Shown here: one piece after another, positions 45,177 through 54,448 of the stretch
How the letters are laid out: every line of letters starts with the position of its first letter
Position numbering within the stretch: the first letter of the stretch is position 1
From: an uncultured delta proteobacterium
GTDB taxonomy: Bacteria > Desulfobacterota > Binatia > Binatales > Binataceae
Direction: 5' to 3'
Length of the DNA: 64,000 nt
Assembly (NCBI GenBank): GCA_963832395.1
Contig: CAWHTV010000004.1
Span: 1,780-65,779 of the forward strand
Program-made: the position numbers and the translations under genes
The notes under the pieces: model-generated
What the model saw: the letters and a program-made list of their open reading frames with translations, nothing else
What the model was told of the DNA's origin: nothing
Database searches by the model: none

Positions 45177-46486
45177 CTATCCCACCGAGAGATTCAGCTC
45201 CGCACTCATCAGCCGCTTCCATTCCTGATAGTAGGCCCGGAAGTGGAGGTCGTCGCTTATCGGGCCGGTAACGACGCCCTGCGCGTCGGTCCGCTCCGCG
45301 GCCCGTGTGCAGATGGCGGCTGATATCGATCCACTCGAGCTCCGGAATCGCCAGGCCCTGCTGGCAGGCCTCGAAGTTCGCGGCAATCGTCGACCTCGCC
45401 GAAATTTGGAAAATCCTCCTGCGTTCGCATTCGCAGCACGTTGATTTCCTCCGGCACGCCGCTCAAGCGTGGTCGCGTACCACGTCACCTGGACGCGGTC
45501 GACCGCCAGCGGCTCGACCACCTGGATCTGGTTGCCGATGATCAGGAGGTTGGGAAAGACGTTGAGGTTCATCCCGGAGCCGACCGCCACCTCCAGCAGC
45601 CGGTTGGCTTCCTCGTCGCCTAGCCGCTGGCGAAGTTGAGCTTCGTAGGTTTCGCGCCCGGGCTGCGGCCGCTGGCGCTTCCAGGCGGAATCCGCATGCA
45701 TCTCGGGCCGCTGATCGATAAAGGTATGGCCGTTGCCGAGCGACTGCGTGTACATCGCGCAATCGTCGGGGTCGCTCGTTCCATAGTACGACATGTCGCG
45801 GTCGGGCCCATGGCGCCGCGCGGTCATCAATAGCAGCGAGCGATGCGAAAAGGGCGGATGATAACCGTCGCCCGCGTTGTCGTAGACCATTTTCCAGTTG
45901 GCCCGCATGACCATCCGATGAGCGGAGCTGCGCACCACCACCTCCGCGCGCGGATAGCGATCCAGCCATTGGTCGATGAGCAGGCGCGCCGCGCCCAGGT
46001 GCTCCACCAGGTCCGGCGCCTCGCGATTCAACGTGCCGAAAATAAATCCGCGGTAGGTCTCCAGGCGCGCAATCCTCGCCAGATCATAGCTGGCCAAGCT
46101 TAAAGCCGGGCCCGTAAGCGTCGTCGCCTGGCACGGAGACGCATTGCCCGCTATTGCTGTACGTCCATCCGTGATAGCCGCAGGTGAAATACCGCGCCGA
46201 GCCTTCGCGCAGGCGGCACACCGTCGCGGCACGATGCGAGCATCGGTTCAGCAGCGCATTGATTTTGCCGCTGCCATCGCGGGTCAGGATGATCGGCCGG
46301 AGACCCAGATTGCGCGACGACGAAATCATTAGGCTTGCTGATTTCGCTCTCGTGGCCCAGGTAGACCCACGTGCCGCCGAAAATCTTGATCATCTCCTCG
46401 GCAAAGATCGAGGGGTCGGTGTAGAGCGAGCGATGCACCCGCCCTTCCTGCACCAGGTGATCCCATTGGGAGGCCGCGCTATGCAT
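45177..46486 (-). CDS. Rieske ring-hydroxylating dioxygenase alpha subunit (AtdA3/TdnA1-like), frameshifted
   Basis: Rieske 'NRCSHR...FTCGYHGW'; 'NWKMVYDNAGDGYHPPFSH', 'DQRPEMH...QRPQPGRE', 'GMNLNVFPNLLIIGNQIQV', 'RMRTQEDFP..GEVDD'. Confidence 0.88.
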
Positions 46487-46558
46487 ACGCTCCTGATGCG
46501 TTGGATGAACCAGTCTGCGAGAGCGCTCCGCTCACGTTCTCCGCGCTCCGCTTGGACC

Positions 46559-47086
46559 CTACGCCGATGCCCTGATGACGTTGCCCTGCGCGTCGAGCTT
46601 GAGCCCGGTCTGTTTCGCCTTCTCCAGCACTTCGGGCTGCCATGACACCCGGCCGGCATCGGTGCCGCCCAGAATTGCCATCAGGTGAGCATCCTCCGTG
46701 CCAGCGTTGCGAAAACCGCGCATAATCCCCGGCGGCACCGAAATGGTGTCCCACGCCTCGAGAATCAGCTCGTTCTCGCCATGATCGCCCCAGATGATTG
46801 CCCATCGGCCCGACAACGGCGTGAAGACCTCGACCGTCGTATGGCTGTGCAATGCCGCGCCCTTGCCTGGTTCGGCCTTGACGTAAGTCAGGTTGAAGTC
46901 GCGCGCGTCGGCGATGGCCGGTTTGAGTGATGGATCCTCGGTCACGCCGGCGCCGATCACGTTGTAGATGAGGCGCTCATGGCCGGGAATCTTGCTGTCG
47001 ACAAAGGCTTGCTCGCTGGGCCGCAATTGTTTGAAGCGCGCAACCCGCTTGAGCATCTCTTCTTTCGAGACTTGCAGCTTAGCCAT
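46559..47086 (-). CDS. Cupin domain protein
   Basis: 'PGKGAALHSHTTVEVF', 'DTISVPPGIMRGFRN'. Confidence 0.85.
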   Translation of the reverse strand: MAKLQVSKEEMLKRVARFKQLRPSEQAFVDSKIPGHERLIYNVIGAGVTEDPSLKPAIADARDFNLTYVKAEPGKGAALHSHTTVEVFTPLSGRWAIIWGDHGENELILEAWDTISVPPGIMRGFRNAGTEDAHLMAILGGTDAGRVSWQPEVLEKAKQTGLKLDAQGNVIRASA

Positions 47087-47667
47087 ACCGCTTTCTCCTT
47101 TTCATGACCGGAATACCGCGCGGAGCGAAACGGCTTCGATGTCGCCTCATTGCGCCCTGGCGCCCCGCACGCCAGCTCAAGCGATAACTCCAAGCATGCT
47201 CCGCGTCAAACAGGACTGACGCTCTCGGCATGGCCGCCGCGCCCACTCGCGTTCGCCGGCGGCTGCCAAGTTCGAACCGTCACGAAAAAACAGCGACGGT
47301 CGGTGGCGGCTCAGATTTTCGTTTTTTGTTCTTACGCACGGTCAGGCCATGAACCCGCATCGCGCTCTCCAGCCTCTTGGCAGGACGAGCTTCGTTTTCT
47401 ATATTTCAGGGTGCCCAAGAGAACGGGTGGCGTACGACGGTCCGCTTCGCTTTTCCGTGCATCCCTGAGATCAAGTCGAAAGAAGCTGGTTTGATTTTTG
47501 CACTCCGGGCTTTGTTGCAGTGACCTGCGCAACGAATCAGGGGATCTGCACTTGGCCGTAACCGAAACTATGCGGCTTGATGACCGCGCGCATCGGACGA
47601 AAGGTGTTCAGGCGACAAGGATTCCGGCGACAAGCATTGAGGCGGGTCTTCAGGCAGGTGTTAAGGA

Positions 47668-50070
47668 ATGATCGGCGACAAGATACTCAAGTACCGCGCA
47701 CCGATAGGCATTCTGCTGCTAGCGGTCACGGCTTACTTTGGCTACGGGATTAGCAAGCTCACGATCGGCACCAGCTTCGTCGATTTCTTTCCGCGCAATC
47801 ATCCTTACGTCCAGCTCTATCATACCTACAACCGCTACGGTGAGGCGCAGACCCTCACCCTGATGATGCAGGTCAAGCATGGCGACATTTACAATGAAAA
47901 AATCCTGAAGAAAATCCAGGATCTCACTTTTGAAGTTGACTTGCTGCCCGCAGTCATCCATCAGTCCGTCCGTTCGCTGGCCTCATATCGGGTCACCTAC
48001 GCGTCGCCGGTACCCGGCAACCTGATCTCGCAGACCTATATGTATCCGAATGTGCCGACGACGCAGGTCGGGATCGACGAGCTTAAGCGCCAACTCGATA
48101 TTCATCGGCAGGAGATCAGATACCTCGTCAGCGACGACGGCCGCAGTGCCGCCGTGGTCGCTTCGTTCACTGAGAGCCGTCTTAACTACCACGATTTGTT
48201 TTATGCGGTTCAGCGGCTGGCCAAAAAGTACTCGAATAACGATACGAATGTATACCTTGCCGGCGAGCCGGTGATCCGGGGCTATGGGTATTACTACCTG
48301 CCTGTGATTATCGCGATCTTCTTCATCTCCGACGGCATTATGATTCTGGTTCTGTATATCTTCTTCAGAAACCGCAGCACCTGGTGGGCGCCATTGGTGA
48401 CCGGCACCCTGGCGACGGTCTGGGGTCTCGGGTTCATCGGACTCGAAGGCTTTGAGTTCGACCCTGTGATGCTGGTGATTCGTTTCGTGCTGACCGCGCG
48501 CGACATGGGGCATGCTATCCAGTGGCAAGGCCGCTACTACGATGAACTCGAGGCGCGCGGCTACGACAAGCACGGCGCCATCGCCGCGACGACCACGCTG
48601 ATGCTCGCGCCGGGCTTGCTTTCGATCCTGGCCGACATCGCGGGCATCGTTTTCATCTCCTTTGGCGGCATTCCGTCCCTGCAGCACGTGGCGTCTTCGG
48701 GCGCGGTATGGCTCGGTGGCAGTCTCACGATGGTGTTTATTTTTCAGCCCATCATGATGAGCTACCTCCCGACCCCGCAGCCTCGCAGGATAGTGCGTGG
48801 GCGAGAGGCCGCATCACGAACATGGATGCAACACCTGGTCGACTCGCTAGTGACGTTTCCGGTAGCCTCCGGACCCGCGCGGGGCTGGGCGCTCGGAGCC
48901 GTGGGCCTTCTGATCGTGACGGGACTCGTCGCAGGCCTGCGGGCCAAAATCGGGTACAGCCAGCCAGGCACGCCGCTCTACAGGCAAAGCGCCAAAGTAA
49001 ATCGGGACATGGAAGCCGTGAGCCGCGTGTTCCCAATCGACGAGGGCTGGGTCATCATCCGGGCCCGGCAAGATACCAAGGACACTTTCAAGGAAGTCGG
49101 CGATATCCTTTCGCCTGAAGCAATTCGTGTTCAGCGCGACCTAGTGAACTACCTGATGCTCGACACAGAGGTGGACCGGGTCATCTCAGTGGTCCCGGAC
49201 ATCATCGAGCCTTTCAACCGGATGTTTCATTACGCCGAGCCCAGGTATCGAACGGTTCCCGCGACGGTCGACGACGCATACGGGCTGTTCACACTGTTCG
49301 TGATGGGCACAGCGCCGGGTGAGGCCGACTGGTGGCTCTCGATGTTGAACAACGATGCGTGCATGCGAGTGCTGCTGCGCGACCACACCTATGAGACATT
49401 GAGCCGTCTGCAGCGGCGGCTGGACGAGTTTGTAACTGAGCGAAGCCGTTCAGATCCGGCCTTCCGGCATATCGATGTCCTCTATCTGGGCGGCATCGCG
49501 GGACTTTACGCGGCGGCCAACGACGTCCTTTATCAGATTGATTTTCTGAATATCACGTTTGTGCTGGCAGTGGTGTTCCTGTTCTGCGCAGTGACCTACC
49601 GCTCGATAGTGGCGGGTCTGCTGTTCGTAACCTCCTGCATCGCGGCGAATTTCGCCGCCTTCATATATATGCGCGTGATGGATATAGGCATCACGATCTA
49701 TACCATTCCTGTCATTTCACTGGGTATCGGACTGGGTGTCGATTATGGAATATATACAATATCGCGAGTCGTCGACGAGTGCGCCAAGGGACGGGATCTC
49801 GAAGACGCAATCACGACCGCGCTCAGGGGTACCGGCGCCGCGGTGCTGGCGACGTTCTCGGTGATTGTGGGCGGACTGGCGCCGTGGATGTTCTCGCCGG
49901 TGCTGTTCCATCACCAGATGGCGGTGCTTCTGATTATATTGATGTTCACCAACCTGGTAATGGGGCTTTCGATATTACCCGCATACGTCGCCTGGGCGCG
50001 GCCGCGCTTTATTTTCGCAGGCGGAGCTACGGAGGAACCGGGACCAAGGGAGCACATAGCCGTGGATTGA
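47668..50070 (+). CDS. MMPL/RND-family transporter (intact, 800 aa)
   Basis: Two-repeat multi-TM architecture; 'FVDFFPRNHPYV', 'ISLGIGLGVDYGIY'; close paralog of 27603-30000. Confidence 0.9.
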   Translation: MIGDKILKYRAPIGILLLAVTAYFGYGISKLTIGTSFVDFFPRNHPYVQLYHTYNRYGEAQTLTLMMQVKHGDIYNEKILKKIQDLTFEVDLLPAVIHQSVRSLASYRVTYASPVPGNLISQTYMYPNVPTTQVGIDELKRQLDIHRQEIRYLVSDDGRSAAVVASFTESRLNYHDLFYAVQRLAKKYSNNDTNVYLAGEPVIRGYGYYYLPVIIAIFFISDGIMILVLYIFFRNRSTWWAPLVTGTLATVWGLGFIGLEGFEFDPVMLVIRFVLTARDMGHAIQWQGRYYDELEARGYDKHGAIAATTTLMLAPGLLSILADIAGIVFISFGGIPSLQHVASSGAVWLGGSLTMVFIFQPIMMSYLPTPQPRRIVRGREAASRTWMQHLVDSLVTFPVASGPARGWALGAVGLLIVTGLVAGLRAKIGYSQPGTPLYRQSAKVNRDMEAVSRVFPIDEGWVIIRARQDTKDTFKEVGDILSPEAIRVQRDLVNYLMLDTEVDRVISVVPDIIEPFNRMFHYAEPRYRTVPATVDDAYGLFTLFVMGTAPGEADWWLSMLNNDACMRVLLRDHTYETLSRLQRRLDEFVTERSRSDPAFRHIDVLYLGGIAGLYAAANDVLYQIDFLNITFVLAVVFLFCAVTYRSIVAGLLFVTSCIAANFAAFIYMRVMDIGITIYTIPVISLGIGLGVDYGIYTISRVVDECAKGRDLEDAITTALRGTGAAVLATFSVIVGGLAPWMFSPVLFHHQMAVLLIILMFTNLVMGLSILPAYVAWARPRFIFAGGATEEPGPREHIAVD

Positions 50071-50153
50071 TCGCGCGTATCGCGACCGAACTCCAGTCGG
50101 GTTCCTGGCTGACCGGATTCCAGCCGATCTCAACAGGATGGAGAAAGCACGAG

Positions 50154-50621
50154 ATGGACGTAGAGAACATGTTGCGAGACTTTTGCGGCGCGGTTGAACA
50201 CCATGATGGCCAGCGTCTGGCGCAATTGTTCTGCGAGGACGGTGTCTATCATGACGTCTTTTACGGCGCATTCGCCGGCAGAGAACGGATCGCCGAATTG
50301 ATCGACGTATGGTTCTACAAGGATGCCGACGACTTTCGCTGGGACATGGTGGACACCGTCTTCGACGGTCAGACGCTCTATACGCGCTACCTCTTCAGCT
50401 TCAGGTCTTTGATGCCGCAAGCGCAACATGCTCGTGCCATGTTCGAAGGCGTATCGGTCATGAAGATCCGTGATGGTCGCATCGCCGAATATCGTGAGAT
50501 CGCGAATGTCGCTCCTGCCTTCGTCGACATGAATTTCGCTCCGGAACGAATTGCAAAGTTAGCTGCACGGCAGGGTGACGAGCTGAAGAAACGCCCCGAG
50601 ATGGCACGACATTTGGTTTAG
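50154..50621 (+). CDS. NTF2/SnoaL-like protein
   Basis: 'LAQLFCEDGVYHD.FYG.F.GRE.I', 'GVSVMKIRDGRIAEYRE'. Confidence 0.82.
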   Translation: MDVENMLRDFCGAVEHHDGQRLAQLFCEDGVYHDVFYGAFAGRERIAELIDVWFYKDADDFRWDMVDTVFDGQTLYTRYLFSFRSLMPQAQHARAMFEGVSVMKIRDGRIAEYREIANVAPAFVDMNFAPERIAKLAARQGDELKKRPEMARHLV

Positions 50622-50694
50622 CGCGCGAACGTGGAAGACGGTTCGCGAGTAAGCCACGAAAACCCGCGCTCGCAGGTCGATGGCAAATCGATCG

Positions 50695-52143
50695 TCAACC
50701 GAGCAAGGGCGGGCGCCGCAAATGGAGCGGCCGACTGCGCTCGATAACTGCCGCGGCACGCAATAGCTGAGCCTCGCTTCCCATCCATCCGATGATCTGG
50801 ACGCCGACCGGAAGACCACTTCCGGTAAAGCCAATCGGCACGGAAACCGCCGGCTGTCCCGTCATGTTCCACGGGTAGGTGTACGGACACCATCGCCAGT
50901 CCTCGTCGGCAAACCCTTCTGGGACATAGCGCTGCACCGCGTAGGGCGGCACCGGCATGACCGGTCCAACAAGCAGGTCGAAGCGGTTGAAGAATGCCTT
51001 CGCCGCGACTGCGATCGCCATGCGCTGTTCCTGAGCATGGCAGTAAGCGGCGAGCGACGTCGTCCGGCCCGAGGCGGCCACGCTCAGCAGCAAGGGATCG
51101 AGCAAGACGTGTTTCTCGGCGTCAAACCCGTCGACGGTTGCTGCGCATCCAGTCTCCCAAAAGACCTGGAACGGTTCGAAGGGATCGACAGGCCATTTCG
51201 GGCTCTCGTCCATAACTTCGGCGCCGGCATCCGCCAGAATCGGACCCGCTTCGGCGACCAACGCGTCGACTTCTCGATTCACCAGCGGTGCTGTGCAGCC
51301 AAGTCTCGCCGAGGTCGCAATCCGTAGGCCGGACAGATCGGACGCACCCAGGTCCTTCGGCATCGCGAAAGGAACCGGCCAAGCGAACGGATCCCGAGGC
51401 TCTGGGCGGGCCATCACCTCGAGCATGAGCGCAGCGTCGGCGACCGTCCGAGACATCGGGCCGACGACCGAGTGGGGCATATCGACATCCGGCGGGAATG
51501 CCGGTACCCGGCCGAAACCAGGCTTTAGACCAAAAACATTGGTGTATGAGGCCGGAATGCGGATCGAGCCGGCGCCGTCACTGCCGACCGCCAATGGGCC
51601 GAAACCCAAAGCGAGCGCTGCTGCCGCGCCACCCGACGACCCTCCAGGAGTCTTCGTTAGATCATAGGGATTCGCGGTTACGCCATGGACGCGGCTGCGA
51701 GTGACGAGCCTGCAACCGGCCTCCGGTGTCGCCGTCTTGGCAAGGAATACGGCACCAGCTTCCCGCAGGCGCGCGACACAGGGTGTGTCTTCCGCCGCAG
51801 GTTTGACCGGATCGAGCGCGAGCGATCCCCGGCGGCGCGGCCAGCCCGCAACGGCAGACAGGTCCTTGATCGTAACCGGCACGCCATCAAGCGTCGAAAG
51901 GGGGGCTCCTGCCGCGTAACGGGCCTCCGCCGCCTTAGCCTGGGCAAGAGTTAGTACCGGATCGACAAAAACAATCGCATTGACGGGAGGACCGAGGGCT
52001 TCGATGCGCGAGATTAAGGCCCGCGCCACCTCGACCGGCGACAAGCTCCGGCGGCGAAAGGCCTCGGCCAACACGACGACGTCGAGAAACGCGACGTCAT
52101 CTCCGGGCGCTACTACCGCAGGTGATCGATCTGACGTCGGCAC
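50695..52143 (-). CDS. Amidase signature family enzyme
   Basis: 'GVPVTIKD', 'PGGSSGGAAAA', 'GSDGAGSIRIPAS', 'GLKP'. Confidence 0.92.
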   Translation of the reverse strand: MPTSDRSPAVVAPGDDVAFLDVVVLAEAFRRRSLSPVEVARALISRIEALGPPVNAIVFVDPVLTLAQAKAAEARYAAGAPLSTLDGVPVTIKDLSAVAGWPRRRGSLALDPVKPAAEDTPCVARLREAGAVFLAKTATPEAGCRLVTRSRVHGVTANPYDLTKTPGGSSGGAAAALALGFGPLAVGSDGAGSIRIPASYTNVFGLKPGFGRVPAFPPDVDMPHSVVGPMSRTVADAALMLEVMARPEPRDPFAWPVPFAMPKDLGASDLSGLRIATSARLGCTAPLVNREVDALVAEAGPILADAGAEVMDESPKWPVDPFEPFQVFWETGCAATVDGFDAEKHVLLDPLLLSVAASGRTTSLAAYCHAQEQRMAIAVAAKAFFNRFDLLVGPVMPVPPYAVQRYVPEGFADEDWRWCPYTYPWNMTGQPAVSVPIGFTGSGLPVGVQIIGWMGSEAQLLRAAAVIERSRPLHLRRPPLLG

Positions 52144-52154
52144 GAACTGACTCT

Positions 52155-53540
52155 TTAATATAGTTCGAAATATTCGGCGATTTCGGCTGCCGGAATCTCA
52201 TCGCGCAGACGTGCCGCCTCTTGCCGCTTCATCGCGAGATAGACGCGAACGAATTCCTCGCCGAGCGTTTCGCGCAACGCCCCATCCGCCTCGAAGGCAT
52301 CGAGCGCATCGTCAATTTCCGTCGGCAGTTTGGCGTAGCGCGAATCGTCTTCCTTCGGACCGGAGCCGGCCGGCAGAAGCTCCCGCCTTTGCCCAACCCC
52401 CAGCAAACCAGCGGCGATTGTCACCGCTGCAACGAGATAAGGATTCGAAAGCGCGGAAGGCACTCTGACCTCCATATGGGTCGACTGGTCGCGGCTCGCC
52501 TTGACGCGCACGCTCGCCGACCGGTCCTGTATGCCCCAGGAAATGTTGGATGGTGCATAAGTTCGAGGCCGGATCCGGCGGTAGCAATTCGGCGTCGGGC
52601 TCCAAATAGCCATCGCTGCGGGCGCATGGTCGAGGACGCCCTGGATGAAACTCCTGAACGTAGTCGAGAGGCCGTTTTCCTGGTTGTTATCCAGAAAAAC
52701 GTTGGAGTCCGCGTATTTATCGAGCAAGGAGAGGTGGAAATGGGCGCAACTTCCGGAGATGCCCTTGTAGGGCTTCGTCATGAAGGTGGCGAGGAGCCCG
52801 TGCTTCGCAAGATACTCTTTCACGGTGCCCTTGAAGACAAAGGCGCGGTCCGAAGCAGCTACGCCATCAAGAGGCCCATAGTTGATCTCGACCTGTCCAG
52901 GTCCGTGCTCGACATTGTAAGTAATAATGTCGATGCCTTGAGCCTGGAGTACTCTGATCAAACTGTCTATAGCCGGAAACTGGTGAGTCCGCGCGGTAGC
53001 GAAGATCGGCTGCCCGCCGTAAATCGGCTTACGTGTCGCCGCATCGACCACATAGAACTCGTACTCGTGCCCCATTTTCACGACGTAGCCGAGAGAATCG
53101 GCCAGCGCTAGCATCTTCTTCAAGACAAGACGCGGTGCCGCCATCTGAGGGCGCCCATCGTACCACATGGTATCGCAGATGACCCTGCCGGTCTTTTCCA
53201 GCCAGGGAACCGGAGACAAAGTGTCCTGGTCGGGGATCATCACGCAGTCTTGATAGTTCATTTCCTCGTTGTAACCGGAATTGCGGATCGGAATCGAATA
53301 GCTATCGAGCGCGACCGCGCCGCCGTAGAGATTGAGGCCGGTGCACAGATAATCGGCGATGTGGTTAACCGGGACCGTCTTGCCCCGGCTCATCCCCGCC
53401 ATATCCGCCAGCTCGAAACGGACAAAGTCGAGGCCGGCCGTCTTGACCTTTTCGACGAAGGCGCTGGCCTCGTCCGGCGTGGCGAGCGCGACCTTTGGCG
53501 TGATATCGACTTTAGCACTATCTTCCCCGGTCGTCGGCAT
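52155..53540 (-). CDS. Glutamine-synthetase-like gamma-glutamyl-amine ligase (PuuA/GlnA3-4-like)
   Basis: 'DMAGMSRGK', 'GHEYEFY', 'EHGPGQVEIN', 'TFMTKP', 'NCYRRI', 'EVRVP..LSNPYL'. Confidence 0.88.
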   Translation of the reverse strand: MPTTGEDSAKVDITPKVALATPDEASAFVEKVKTAGLDFVRFELADMAGMSRGKTVPVNHIADYLCTGLNLYGGAVALDSYSIPIRNSGYNEEMNYQDCVMIPDQDTLSPVPWLEKTGRVICDTMWYDGRPQMAAPRLVLKKMLALADSLGYVVKMGHEYEFYVVDAATRKPIYGGQPIFATARTHQFPAIDSLIRVLQAQGIDIITYNVEHGPGQVEINYGPLDGVAASDRAFVFKGTVKEYLAKHGLLATFMTKPYKGISGSCAHFHLSLLDKYADSNVFLDNNQENGLSTTFRSFIQGVLDHAPAAMAIWSPTPNCYRRIRPRTYAPSNISWGIQDRSASVRVKASRDQSTHMEVRVPSALSNPYLVAAVTIAAGLLGVGQRRELLPAGSGPKEDDSRYAKLPTEIDDALDAFEADGALRETLGEEFVRVYLAMKRQEAARLRDEIPAAEIAEYFELY

Positions 53541-53579
53541 TTGAAGGCTTCCCTCTTTGAATAACAGAGACCAACATCG

Positions 53580-54314
53580 TCAGCCGGCTGCCGGGGAGGT
53601 ATTCGCGAGAATGGCCGAAAGGTTCTCGTTCATCCGCCTCGCCGCGGCGCGGAAAATGGGGAGCTTGGGCACAACCACGCTGGAAAGGCGCGCCGCTTCC
53701 TCTGCGCCCAGCGCCTGCTCGAGGCTCGCCTTGTATTCTGGAATTTTTTCCCAGTCGGACACGGTCGTAGTTGTAAGTTCGCAATGATATTGGAAGCCAT
53801 ACGCATAGCGGCCCCAACGGATGGCCTGCACCGGACACGCAGCGTTGGTGGCAAGAATCTCCGCGCCGTCGGGTAGTCTGGAAACCTCGGCTCCGTGCCA
53901 TTGAAAGCTTTCGATCCGGGGGCTGAAGCCAGCAAGGATCGGGTCTCTTTGTCCAGCGGGTCTGAGTTCGACCTCCGCCAGACCGACCTCCGGCCGGGCC
54001 ATCGGGGTCACCTTGCCTCCCAGAGCCTCGGCGAGCAGCTGATGCCCCAAACAAATTCCCAGGAAGGGCCGACCGAGATCCTTAACCCAATGACGGATAG
54101 TGGCCTTTTCAGAAATTAACCAGGGATGGAGGTCCTCCTGCCATACATCCATCGGGCCGCCCATCACGACCAGCAGATCGAAACCCTCCAGCGACGGAAT
54201 CGAATCTCCCGCGTCAAGTTCGACAGCCACCCACTCGTGGCCACTCTCGGCCCAGAATTCGCGAAAAACGCCCGGATGCTCTACTTTGACATGTTGGAAA
54301 ACTAGGATGCGCAT
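53580..54314 (-). CDS. Class I glutamine amidotransferase (gamma-glutamyl hydrolase-like)
   Basis: 'QHV..EHPG', 'MGGPMDV', 'LGICLGHQL', 'FQYHCE'. Confidence 0.88.
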   Translation of the reverse strand: MRILVFQHVKVEHPGVFREFWAESGHEWVAVELDAGDSIPSLEGFDLLVVMGGPMDVWQEDLHPWLISEKATIRHWVKDLGRPFLGICLGHQLLAEALGGKVTPMARPEVGLAEVELRPAGQRDPILAGFSPRIESFQWHGAEVSRLPDGAEILATNAACPVQAIRWGRYAYGFQYHCELTTTTVSDWEKIPEYKASLEQALGAEEAARLSSVVVPKLPIFRAAARRMNENLSAILANTSPAAG

Positions 54315-54448
54315 TGTCGGTCCTTCGTAAACCATCGACGAGCCAACATGATGCTGGCAAGAATAGCCGTCTTCGTATCTCGCTTACAACGCATCGGACC
54401 GCGGCAGACTACTATCGCCAAGGCAATCGACAGCCGGCGACCGGCGAC

